NCBI GenBank assembly: GCA_963733035.1
Contig: CAVTBU010000005.1
Span: 2,432,001 to 2,496,000 of the forward strand
DNA from: Pirellulales bacterium
GTDB lineage: Bacteria > Planctomycetota > Planctomycetia > Pirellulales > PALSA-1355
DNA length: 64,000 nt
Direction: 5' to 3'
Shown here: piece by piece, positions 9,872 through 21,822 of the stretch
Layout: every line of letters starts with the position of its first letter
How positions within the stretch are numbered: the stretch's first letter is position 1
Made by a program: the position numbers and the translations under genes
Notes under the pieces: model-generated
Told to the model about the DNA's origin: nothing
The model's database searches: none
Seen by the model: only the letters and a program-made list of their open reading frames with translations

Positions 9872-10531
9872 ATGAGAAACATTCTGGCCATGGTAGCAAT
9901 GGCGGCGGGGATTCTACTGGGAGTTTCAGACACGACGAACGCATCCAGTTTAGTGCTTGCGTCACAGCAATTAACCGTGGACAGCGACGGAGACGCCACG
10001 CCCGATTTATTCGACAATGCTCCAGGCACCGCAAACAACCAGGCGGACGCCGACGCGGACGGAATTGGCGACATCATCGATCCCACACCGAATGCCTCGA
10101 ACCCAAACTTGGGTGATCCTGGTTTCATTCTTGCTCCGGCCATGCCGATCGTGGCAGGTGCGAACGCGAACTTCGATTATCTTGTGTTGGTTACTCCGCC
10201 GGGAGGATGGGGCCGAATTGAACTCGATTTCGATCAGGACAACGTGGCCGACGCCGTCTTTTTCGGGCCGCTGACGGCCGTCATGGACACGATCAGCATC
10301 CCGGCCGGTTTATTCGTGGACCCCCTGTGGGATCTCTACACGCCAGGCACGTACACCGTTGCCATGAAGGCCTACGCTCCAGGCATGTCGTCTGCCAACT
10401 GGGCACACCCGTACGTGACGGTGTTGCCGGTTCCTGAGCCAAGCACTTTGCTTCTGGCAACCCTGGCCTACATCGTCACGATGTTCGGATGGACACGCCG
10501 TGCGTCGCCTTGCAGGGAATTTCACCGCTAA
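9872..10531 (+). CDS. Small PEP-CTERM protein with thrombospondin type-3-like Ca-binding repeat
   Basis: Signal peptide, DSDGDATPDLFDNAP...NQADADADGIGD, and VPEPST + TM helix. Confidence 0.8.
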   Translation: MRNILAMVAMAAGILLGVSDTTNASSLVLASQQLTVDSDGDATPDLFDNAPGTANNQADADADGIGDIIDPTPNASNPNLGDPGFILAPAMPIVAGANANFDYLVLVTPPGGWGRIELDFDQDNVADAVFFGPLTAVMDTISIPAGLFVDPLWDLYTPGTYTVAMKAYAPGMSSANWAHPYVTVLPVPEPSTLLLATLAYIVTMFGWTRRASPCREFHR

Positions 10532-10711
10532 TTCTCGTGCCTTGAAATCGGCAATCGACCGCCGCCAAACGTGGCAAAAATGACCGTTCTGCCCGCTGGG
10601 GCGAGCCAGCCATCCGGGCGTTGCATTCGCCTGGACGCTCGATCAAGATAGACAAGCCTCAGCGCTCGCCGTGCGAACTTTCCGTCAGAACCTGCCAAGG
10701 ATTCCGCCCGC

Positions 10712-11559
10712 GTGACCCATCCTGCGATCCAAGAAATCGTGGCCGTGTTTGGCCAGCCCGTGGCCGGCAACCCCACCCAGTACATGATGGAAAAAGCGTT
10801 CGCCCAATTGGGGCTCGACTGGCGCTACCTGACGCTGGAAGTCGCGCCGAAAACCTCGGCGATGCCATTCGCGGCATGCGGGCGATGGGCTTTCGCGGCT
10901 GTAACCTGACGATTCCACACAAGGTCGAGGTGATCCAGTATCTCGACGGCACGAGCGAAGCCGCCACGCTGATGGGCGCCGTCAACTGCGTGAATCGCGT
11001 CGACGACAAGCTGATCGGCGAGAACACCGACGGCAAGGGCTTCGTGCAGTCGCTCAAGCAAGTTGCCGACCCCGACGGCAAGAACGTGGTGATCTTCGGC
11101 GCCGGCGGCGCGGCGCGGGCGATTGCCGTCGAGATTGGCCTGGCCGGCGCGGCGGCCATCACAATCGTCAATCGCAACGAAGCGCGGGGCCAGGAATTGG
11201 CCGCTCTGCTCAACGACAAAGTGAACGTGCCCACGACGTTTGTGCACTGGGAAGGCGACTACGAAGTGCCGCCCGAGACCGAGGTGTTCATCAACGCCAC
11301 GTCGATTGGCCTGAGCGACGCCGACGCGCGGATTCCGCTGGTCGTCGAAACGCTGGAGTCGGACATGATCGTGGCCGACGTGATGTTCAATCCGCCCGAG
11401 ACGCGGCTGATGCGCGACGCACAATCGCGCGGCTGCCAGACGCTCGACGGTTTGGGCATGCTGGTGAACCAGGCCGTGATCGGCTTTCACATCTGGACCG
11501 GCCGCGATGCCGATCCGCAGGTAATGCGCGAAGCGCTGGAAGAGTTTTTGGGGCTTTGA
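10712..11559 (+). CDS. aroE: Shikimate dehydrogenase-family protein (frameshift near 10848)
   Basis: N-terminus VAVFGQPVAGNPT joins in another frame to GCNLTIPHK, GAVN, NTDGKG, GAGGAARA, INATSIG and GLGMLVNQA. Confidence 0.85.
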
Positions 11560-11641
11560 GAAACAAGCAAGAAACACAACGATTGTTACCAAGCGCGCGC
11601 CGCCATCTGGCATCGTGCAGCTGAGAGAGGACAACCTAGTG

Positions 11642-14038
11642 ATGACCAACGTCTGGCGGATTTTTGGCATAGGCTGCGCGTGGGCCATCGGTGCAACATT
11701 GGCTATCGCGGAACCGGCTCCCACCGGAAACAAATTGCTGATGGCCGATTCGCTGGCCGGTTGGACGTACGGCGCCCAGCCGCCGGCACATTGGATCATC
11801 AGCGACGGCCGCTTGACCGGCAACGCCGAGTCGACGCCGCTCGTGTCGGGCTGGACCGTGGGCGACTTTGAGCTACGCCTCAATTGGTCGGTACGCGGCT
11901 CGGGCGCCTGGACGGTTGGTCTGCCCGATGTACCAGCCGGGAGCGGCCTGCAACTGACGCTTGCCGAAGGGGACGGCTGCGGGGCTGTGCGCGACGGGGA
12001 TCAAACGCTTTCCTCGGGAAGCAAACTCGAGGCGGCCAGCGCCGACGGCTTGCACTCAGCCGACATTCGACGCGCGGGCAGCCGATTGACGGTGATCGTC
12101 GACGGACGCGTGGTGAGCGAAGTGGAGATCGACCGCAATCGCCGCTTCGGACTGTCGCTGGCCGTGCCCAATGGAGAAGCTTCGCTCGAGGATCTGCGGC
12201 TGGAAGAGCCACGCGGTAATCCACTGTTCAACGGCCACGATCTGAACGGCTGGCACGTGAACAACAAGAAGGGCGATTGGAAAGTCGAGAACGGCGAGGT
12301 CATTCCCACGTTCCACACCGGCCTGCACTACCTGCGCACCGACCGCGAGTACGCGAACTTTACCTGGTCGTTCGAATACACGATCGACAAGGGAGGCAAC
12401 TCGGGCGTCGCCATTCGCACGGCCGAAGGAGGCTGGCCCTCGGGCGATGGCATGGAACTGCAAATCCTCGATCGCCCCGGCCTGGTCAAAGACAGCACGA
12501 TGGCCATCTACGGAAACTTGCCGCCGCTGGAGCGGGCCGACAAGACCGGCCAGTGGAATCGCGTGGTGATCAAAGCCGACGGGCGGATGATTTCCGCCTG
12601 GGTCAACGGCGAGCTCGTGCAGCAAGTCAACACCGCGCATCTGCCGGAGATCAAGCACCGGCATTTGAAAGGCTGGCTGGGCGTGCAGGACCACGGCGGC
12701 AATCCACACTTCCGCGAAATCTATCTGCACGAGGCTCCCGACGGCATGGGCCTCGACGCTTGGTACGCACCCCGCCAGGAAAGCGGCGCGTACCTGGTGC
12801 TCGATCGGCTGATGAACACCGAACGGCTGTCGCGCGTCGATGGTCTCACTTCCGGCGTTGTCAGCACGACCACTTCCAAGGGCGGAGAACAAGTGCTGGC
12901 CGAGTTGACTGGTCCCGGAGCGCTGGTCCGCTGCTGGCAGGAATTCCCAGGCGGACGCTTGAAGTTCTACTTCGACGGAGAAGAGACGCCGCGAATCGAC
13001 TGCGCCGCCGAACATCTGTTCGAGCACGTGCCGGGCGTCGCTCACGAACAGCAGCCCACCTTGATGTGTTTGCCGTATGCCAAAAGCCTGAAGGTCGTCG
13101 TCAGCGATCCGCTGGAAGTGCGATACCAATTGAACTACGTGAACTTTCCGGCCGACGTACCCGTGGAGAGCTATTCGGTCGAGCGGCCGGGTATTCCGCG
13201 CGGGATGCTCGAAGCCATTTCGTATCGGCATCAGGGCGTGCAGGGAGGCAAGCTTCGCGAAGCGGAGATTTACGACCGCGTGAGCGTCGAGCCGCGAACG
13301 ATCGAGCCCGGCACGACCGTCGAGTTGGCCAGGCTCGAAGGCGCCGGCCTGGTAAACTGGCTGCGATTGCATGCCAGTCGAGAAACGCTCGACGACGACA
13401 ACCTGTGGATCGAGGTGACCATTGACGGCGAGTCGCTGCCGGCAATTGCAGCGCCGGCCCGATTCGTCTTTCCGGCATTTGCCGGCGGCAGGTCGAACGA
13501 CTTCAACACGATGATCCAAACGCTGGAGGGCGGCTACGTGAACATGCTGGCCATGCCCTACGGCAATGGCCTCACCGTCGCGGCCCGCAATCGCGGCGAC
13601 AAGCCGATTGAGAAAGTCGGCTTTTCGATGTCGGTCGATCGGGCCACCGGCGGCAAGGCCGCCGACTATGCCGGGCGGATGCGCTTGCGGGGCGTTTACG
13701 AACCCGCCGGTCCGGCCACCAAGGAACTCGTCGAGCAACATGGCAAGGGACGCTGGGTGGCAATCGTTTACGAGCAGCCCAACGAAGCGACCACCGGCAT
13801 TACGGCGCTGGCCATCGACGGCCAGGAAGTGGACGGCTGGCGCATGGACGATCTCGATCCGCTGTGGGGACGACCGGGCGAAGGCGAGAATTATTACACG
13901 GCGCTGGCCGGCCATCGAGAGTCACTCGGCTGGCGTTACCTCGTCCTGGAACCGGTCAGTTTCGACCAGTCGCTCGTGCTCAAGCCGCGGGGCGAGAAAC
14001 TCGGCGGAAGGTTGGCGCTATTCTACCTGGCCGAGTAG
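11642..14038 (+). CDS. Secreted DUF1080 (two copies) plus DUF2961/GH172-like fusion protein
   Basis: Signal peptide; LFNGHDLNGW, GGNSGV, ELQILD, GQWN and GVQDHGG (DUF1080); LAELTGPGALVRCW, FYFDGEETP and MPY (DUF2961-like, present twice). Confidence 0.8.
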   Translation: MTNVWRIFGIGCAWAIGATLAIAEPAPTGNKLLMADSLAGWTYGAQPPAHWIISDGRLTGNAESTPLVSGWTVGDFELRLNWSVRGSGAWTVGLPDVPAGSGLQLTLAEGDGCGAVRDGDQTLSSGSKLEAASADGLHSADIRRAGSRLTVIVDGRVVSEVEIDRNRRFGLSLAVPNGEASLEDLRLEEPRGNPLFNGHDLNGWHVNNKKGDWKVENGEVIPTFHTGLHYLRTDREYANFTWSFEYTIDKGGNSGVAIRTAEGGWPSGDGMELQILDRPGLVKDSTMAIYGNLPPLERADKTGQWNRVVIKADGRMISAWVNGELVQQVNTAHLPEIKHRHLKGWLGVQDHGGNPHFREIYLHEAPDGMGLDAWYAPRQESGAYLVLDRLMNTERLSRVDGLTSGVVSTTTSKGGEQVLAELTGPGALVRCWQEFPGGRLKFYFDGEETPRIDCAAEHLFEHVPGVAHEQQPTLMCLPYAKSLKVVVSDPLEVRYQLNYVNFPADVPVESYSVERPGIPRGMLEAISYRHQGVQGGKLREAEIYDRVSVEPRTIEPGTTVELARLEGAGLVNWLRLHASRETLDDDNLWIEVTIDGESLPAIAAPARFVFPAFAGGRSNDFNTMIQTLEGGYVNMLAMPYGNGLTVAARNRGDKPIEKVGFSMSVDRATGGKAADYAGRMRLRGVYEPAGPATKELVEQHGKGRWVAIVYEQPNEATTGITALAIDGQEVDGWRMDDLDPLWGRPGEGENYYTALAGHRESLGWRYLVLEPVSFDQSLVLKPRGEKLGGRLALFYLAE

Positions 14039-14066
14039 CGCTGGCACGAAAACCGAAACAACGGGA

Positions 14067-15095
14067 CTAGACCGGCTGCTGCTGCGTGATGCAGTGGAAG
14101 GCGCCGAGGCCCCATACCAGATCGACTGCTTCCATGCCGCGAATTTGCCGGCCGGGGAACAATTGGGCTAGCGTTTCAATGGCCACGGCGTCGGCCGGGT
14201 CGTTGAACGCCGGTACGATCACCACGCCGTTGGCGATGTAGAAATTCATGTAGCAGGCCGGCAGACGCTGGTCGTCGTAGTAGAGTGGGCGCGGCATGGG
14301 AATGGGAACCACTTCCAGCGGCCGGCCCTCGGCATCGCACAGCATTTGCAGCCGGCGATAATTCTCTTGCAGCGGCGCGTAGTTCGCATCCCGCGGATCG
14401 TTCTCCAGGGCGCACACCACCGTGGTCGGACCGACGAAGCGGGCCAGTTCATCGATGTGGCTGTCGGTGTCGTCTCCTTCGACGCTGCCGGCGATCCAGA
14501 GAATCTTGCTCGCGCAGGCATAGTCGATCAAATAACGTTCGATCTCTTCACGCGACAGCGCGGGGTTCCGGTTCGGGTTAAGAAGACAGGGCTCGGTGGT
14601 CAGAATCGTGCCGGCGCCGTTGCCTTCGATGGCGCCCCCTTCCATGACGATGCCCGGCGAAAAGACACGTCGCTTGGTGAGCCGCGCGACTTGCGCGGGC
14701 ACGGCATTGTCCAAGTCAAACGGCGGATACTTGCCACCCCAGGCGTTGTACTCCCAATCCACCAGTGCCGGCTCCAACCCGGTAGGCCCCGAGAGAAACA
14801 TGGGACCGTGGTCGCGCGCCCAGACGTCGTTGGTGCGAATATCGTGCAGCGTGACGTTCGGAACGTCGCCGACCAACTCGCGAGCCTGGGCCATCACGGC
14901 CTCGCCGCCAGCGCAGAGATGCACCGGTTCGAATTCGGCCAGCGTTTTCACGAGTGCTTGCCAGACGGCCGGAATCGGCTCGAACTTGCCGGGCCAGGTC
15001 TCGGGCTTGTGCGGCCAGGCGAGCCACGTGGCCGCATGCGGCTCCCATTCGGCGGGCCAGCGATATCCAAGCGCCTTCGGTGTGGATTCGGACAT
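14067..15095 (-). CDS. aguA: Agmatine deiminase
   Basis: RWPAEWEPH, WARDHGP, EGGAIE, DDTDSHID and GAFHCITQQ. Confidence 0.93.
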   Translation of the reverse strand: MSESTPKALGYRWPAEWEPHAATWLAWPHKPETWPGKFEPIPAVWQALVKTLAEFEPVHLCAGGEAVMAQARELVGDVPNVTLHDIRTNDVWARDHGPMFLSGPTGLEPALVDWEYNAWGGKYPPFDLDNAVPAQVARLTKRRVFSPGIVMEGGAIEGNGAGTILTTEPCLLNPNRNPALSREEIERYLIDYACASKILWIAGSVEGDDTDSHIDELARFVGPTTVVCALENDPRDANYAPLQENYRRLQMLCDAEGRPLEVVPIPMPRPLYYDDQRLPACYMNFYIANGVVIVPAFNDPADAVAIETLAQLFPGRQIRGMEAVDLVWGLGAFHCITQQQPV

Positions 15096-15127
15096 GCTTG
15101 CAAGATCCGCCTCTGCCGTGCGCGGGT

Positions 15128-17671
<2,544 letters not shown>

Positions 17672-17734
17672 GATTGCTACAATGGGCGATGTCGTTTTCA
17701 TCGCCTGAACTTTCCAACCAAGAGGATCGCCGCC

Positions 17735-18242
17735 ATGAATCGACTCTTTGGCTTGATGTTCGCGTGCCTATTGCTCGTTTACTCGTCTCTTGCGCGCCGA
17801 CGACGACGCACCGAGCAAACCGGCCGAGCCATCGCAAGAGGAACTGGAACAAGCGTTGGCCGAAAAGCTGTCCGGAGCCACGCTGGTGGGGCAATTCACG
17901 GTGAGCGACATGAACGACGGCAAGCCGCTCGCGCAAGATCGCTACACGCTCGGCAAAGTTCACAAGCTCCCCAACGGACTGTGGTCGTTCGAAGCGCGAA
18001 TTCAATATGGCGACCACGACGTCAAGTTGCCGCTGGCACTGCCGGTGAAATGGGCTGGGGACACTCCCGTCATCACGGTCACGAAAATCGCCTTTCCGGG
18101 CTTGGGAACCTATTCGGCCCGCGTGTTGTTCTACGGCGATTCGTACGCCGGCACTTGGAACGGCAGCAACCATGGCGGCGAAATGTGGGGCAAGATCGAA
18201 AAGGCCGACGCCGCGGACAAAACGGACAAGTCCAACGAGTAG
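17735..18242 (+). CDS. Secreted hypothetical protein (frameshift near 17790)
   Basis: RBS GAGGA; signal peptide MNRLFGLMFACLLLV continues in another frame as RADDD...LSGATLVGQFTV...WAGDTPVI...GGEMWG. Confidence 0.75.
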
Positions 18243-18270
18243 TCGTTGGTCGCCAGCGGAAAGGGTAAAG

Positions 18271-18510
18271 ATGTATTACCTCTACGGCGCGAAAACCGGC
18301 GGCCCGAAAAAGCTCGTTGCCACGTTCGACTCCGAACAGCAATTGTTGGCCTATGTCCGTTGGGCAACGCTCTCGGAAAAGGAAGGCATTTGCAAGTTCG
18401 AGCAAGGAAGCTCGCTGGTCGGCAGCCAGGCTTGGAGTTATTCGACCGAGCCCGAAACCGACGACGACGCGCAAACGGTCGATCACAATCCGACGCCCAG
18501 CATGCTCTGA
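18271..18510 (+). CDS. Small hypothetical protein (79 aa)
   Basis: MYYLYGAKTGGPKKLVATFDSEQQLLAYVRWATL...; coding-like codon usage and an AGGG RBS. Confidence 0.7.
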   Translation: MYYLYGAKTGGPKKLVATFDSEQQLLAYVRWATLSEKEGICKFEQGSSLVGSQAWSYSTEPETDDDAQTVDHNPTPSML

Positions 18511-18535
18511 CGGCGAATCGTGATGACCGCTGACG

Positions 18536-19231
18536 TCACGCCAGCGCAATTGCCGAGACGACCGCCAGTGCCGCGGTCTCAACTCGTAGAATGCGCGAAC
18601 CCAAGCCGACAGCGGTCCAGCCGTGGCGATTCGCCTGGCTCCGTTCGTCGTCCGTAAAACCCCCTTCGGGTCCGACAGCGATCACGATTCGTGGCGGCAG
18701 CTCCGCAGGCAGGGCGATCGGTTGGGCGCCCGGATCGGCGAACACTCGAAGTGCGGCGGTTTCGCCGGCCAGAAATTCCGCGGCCGCCGCTGGAGCCGTG
18801 ATTTCCATCAGTCGATTTCGACCACACTGCTTGCTCGCCTCGATGACCGCGCGGCGGAGTCGTTCGAGCGCCGCCGGCGATTCGCGATGGTTGCTTCGCT
18901 CGGTCATCAGTGGCATCAGGCGGGCAACGCCCAGCTCGGTCGCTTTTTCAACGAGCCAGCGCTGCCGATCCCCTTTTGGCAAGGCAACTCCCAATGCGAT
19001 CGAAACCGATAGCTCCCGATCGACCTGCTCGCGGGCGAGTATCTCGAGGTCGATCTCCGCGCGGCCAACACGCGTGACCGACGCGGCGAACTCGGCGCCA
19101 GTGCCGTCAAACAACGTGACCTGCTGGCCGGCTTTGGCGCGCATGACGTGCGCCAGATGATGCGCCTCCTGGCCGACGAGTTGGGCGGTGAAACCGGCGA
19201 CGGGCGTGTCGACGAAATAGCGGTCGGCCAT
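18536..19231 (-). CDS. rsmE: 16S rRNA m3U1498 methyltransferase
   Basis: HHLAHVMR, EKATELG, EASKQCGR, VGPEGGF and ILRVETAA. Confidence 0.95.
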   Translation of the reverse strand: MADRYFVDTPVAGFTAQLVGQEAHHLAHVMRAKAGQQVTLFDGTGAEFAASVTRVGRAEIDLEILAREQVDRELSVSIALGVALPKGDRQRWLVEKATELGVARLMPLMTERSNHRESPAALERLRRAVIEASKQCGRNRLMEITAPAAAAEFLAGETAALRVFADPGAQPIALPAELPPRIVIAVGPEGGFTDDERSQANRHGWTAVGLGSRILRVETAALAVVSAIALA

Positions 19232-19377
19232 CATTGCCAGCAAGTGGTGCCAGTGCCGCGGACGAGCGCGACAAGGTGTTTATCTCAAGCGGTTGCAGCC
19301 ATTCTACCGAAGATGATAACGGTGCGGAACCAACCTGCGCACGTGCTAGCTTGCGCTTAACCTGAGCGAACGGTCGT

Positions 19378-20205
19378 ATGTATCAAGCTTACTGGGGTCT
19401 GTCCAAGAGTCCGTTTCGTGGGCATCTCGATCCGCGCAGTTTCTACCAGGGACCGTCGCAGGACGAGGCTCTGGCCCGGCTCCACTTTCTGGTGGAAGAG
19501 CGCCGGACGCTGGGCCTGCTGCTGGGCGCGGGAGGCAGCGGAAAGTCACTGCTGTTGGAAGTCTTCGCCAAGGAATTGGGCATCGTCCATCGCGAGCACG
19601 CGCTGATTAGCCTGCTGGCAATCAACCGCGGTGAGCTGCGGTGGCTCTTGGCCGGACAGCTCGGCGCTGAGTCGCTCAGCGCCAAGCGAGACTCGCAGCT
19701 CTGCCGCGTCATCGACGACCACATCCTGGCCAATCGTTTTCAGCAGATCTCCACCGTGCTTCTGCTCGACGACGCCGACGAAGCGCAAGCCGACGTGCTC
19801 GACGAGGTCGTGCGGCTGGCCCAGTTCAATCAGGCTCACGACGCCGGGCTGACGCTGGTGCTCACCGCGCGGGCCGAGCGCTTGCACCGGCTCGGCACGC
19901 GAATCCTGGAGCTGGCGGAGCTTCGCGTCGACCTGGAAGGTTGGGACGTGGACGATACGGCCGCGTTTATCAAGCAGGCGCTAACCGAAGCCGGCCGATC
20001 GACGCCGATCTTCACCCCGCCAGCCCTGCGGCGATTGCACGAGCTATCGGGCGGCATTCCGCGGCGCGTCAAACAACTGGCCGACTTGGCGCTGGCAGGG
20101 GGCGCGGGCTCCAATCTGGCCACGGTCGAACCCGACCTGATCGAAGCGGCCTACCAGGAGCTGGGCGTCGACACCGGGACGGTCGTGACCACTGGGACGC
20201 ACTAG
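19378..20205 (+). CDS. ExeA-family AAA ATPase
   Basis: MYQAYWGLSKSPF, Walker A GAGGSGKS, Walker B LLLDDAD and SGGIPRRV. Confidence 0.88.
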   Translation: MYQAYWGLSKSPFRGHLDPRSFYQGPSQDEALARLHFLVEERRTLGLLLGAGGSGKSLLLEVFAKELGIVHREHALISLLAINRGELRWLLAGQLGAESLSAKRDSQLCRVIDDHILANRFQQISTVLLLDDADEAQADVLDEVVRLAQFNQAHDAGLTLVLTARAERLHRLGTRILELAELRVDLEGWDVDDTAAFIKQALTEAGRSTPIFTPPALRRLHELSGGIPRRVKQLADLALAGGAGSNLATVEPDLIEAAYQELGVDTGTVVTTGTH

Positions 20206-20374
20206 GGGCGCCCGCGGAAGCTACCACGCAAGTGGTCGATAAATCGTGGTGCGAACGGCGGTTTTCCGCTCGGTTCAGCCGATCTGGCCACGCCGAGCGG
20301 GGGCGTCTAGAATAGGTCCGTCGTTCGATGCCCCTCGTCTCCCCTCGGGGGCCGCTGCTCACGGAGATTGCAAC

Positions 20375-20929
20375 GTGTCCAAAGCTACCTTCGCCGCTCC
20401 GTCTTCCGCGCCGCTTGCGGAAGACGTGGTCGACCTAAAAGACCCGATCGTCGCCGTGGTTTTGGCCTGGCTCATCCCGGGGCTTGGCCATCTCTATCAG
20501 CGGCGCACGGCCAAGGGTTTGCTGTTCATGATCTGCATCTTGAGCACGTTCATCTTTGGACTGTTCTGCAGCAGCGGACATGCGGTGTATGCCTCGTGGA
20601 CCGATTGGGACCGCCGCCTGCCCTATCTGTGCCAGGTGGGCGTGGGCTTGCCGGCGCTTCCGGCGCTGATGCAAAACTACCTGGTGCGCAGCGGCAAGGC
20701 GCCGCTGTTCGACGGCGCGATGGCGCCGCCTGCCACGCCGCAGGAACTGAACGACTGGTACCGCAAGCTCAACAAGTACTTCGAACTCGGCACGGTCTAT
20801 ACGATGATCGCCGGGCTGTTAAATGTGCTGGCGATCTACGATGCCTGGGGCGGTCCGGTACAGATGGTCGAGTCCGACGATCGAAAGAAGAAGCCGGATG
20901 ACAATCCTGAAACGCCTCCCAGCAGTTAG
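20375..20929 (+). CDS. DUF6677-like membrane protein
   Basis: LAWLIPGLGHLYQ and ELGTVYTMIAGLLNVLAIYDA; GTG start after GGAG. Confidence 0.75.
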   Translation: MSKATFAAPSSAPLAEDVVDLKDPIVAVVLAWLIPGLGHLYQRRTAKGLLFMICILSTFIFGLFCSSGHAVYASWTDWDRRLPYLCQVGVGLPALPALMQNYLVRSGKAPLFDGAMAPPATPQELNDWYRKLNKYFELGTVYTMIAGLLNVLAIYDAWGGPVQMVESDDRKKKPDDNPETPPSS

Positions 20930-20944
20930 CGCCGGAGAATAACG

Positions 20945-21151
20945 ATGTTTGCACTTCAGCTACCGCTGGCCGAGATCGACATGATGTGGTACGCGGTCCC
21001 ACTGATCCTGGTGATTAGCCTGGTGTACGCCGCCACGCATCACGAGGCGATGGGCGCAATTCTGCAACATGCGGCGAGGCTGGCGCTGATGATCAGCGGT
21101 TTCATGCTGGCCATCATGGTCGTGCTGGCGATCGTCTCCTGGCAGCTTTAA
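20945..21151 (+). CDS. Small two-TM membrane protein
   Basis: YAVPLILVISLVYAATHHE motif and an RBS GGAG. Confidence 0.7.
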   Translation: MFALQLPLAEIDMMWYAVPLILVISLVYAATHHEAMGAILQHAARLALMISGFMLAIMVVLAIVSWQL

Positions 21152-21310
21152 ACCCGCGCCGCGGCCAACCGAGCCTCTTCGACGGGACCCGACTGCCGCC
21201 ATTCGGGGCGCGCGTCCTGCGTGGCCTATAATTCCCTCGCGGACGTTTGACTCCCCGCGCTGCGAATTGACGGATTGCCCGTGGCATCGCATCCGAAAGG
21301 ATCACGAGAT

Positions 21311-21580
21311 ATGGGAATCGCCGAATTCTTTGCTTGGATCGGGTTCGGATTGATTGTCGGCATGATCGCCCGGTTCCTCTGGCCGGGTCGGCAGCCGGTG
21401 GGTTGCCTGGGCACGGTGCTGTTGGGCGTGTCCGGCTCGATTGTGGGAGGCGCGATAACATACGCGCTAACCGGCGGACCAGCGCGCGACTATCACCCTG
21501 CCAGTTGGCTGATGTCGATTGTCGGCGCCATCCTGGTGCTGTGGGTTTTCGGTGCGACACGCGGGCGAGATGCTCCCTAG
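21311..21580 (+). CDS. GlsB/YeaQ/YmgE (transglycosylase-associated) membrane protein
   Basis: WIGFGLIVGMIARFLWPG...LGVSGSIVGG...SIVGAILVL. Confidence 0.88.
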   Translation: MGIAEFFAWIGFGLIVGMIARFLWPGRQPVGCLGTVLLGVSGSIVGGAITYALTGGPARDYHPASWLMSIVGAILVLWVFGATRGRDAP

Positions 21581-21822
21581 CGCAGGTGCCAAAAGGGCGC
21601 CTTTTCCCGCACGCCGGTGTGCTCGCCGGGCTGTGACAGGTGCCCCGATCGGGCCGGTTTTGCCGGCGGTTTTCGCAACAGACGCGTGCGTAAATCCTTG
21701 CAATCGACGGACCCGCGCGCGACAATGAGTTTTGGAGCGGCGCAGCACCGGTTGGCCGGGCCACGAGGGCCAAAGCCGGGCGGAACAGAGTCCATTTTAA
21801 ATTTTGTCGTTCGGTGGCAAGC

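Noticed and set aside
12056..13915. 619-aa antisense ORF
   Set aside because: Shadow of the DUF1080 gene caused by high-GC codon bias; no recognisable motifs.
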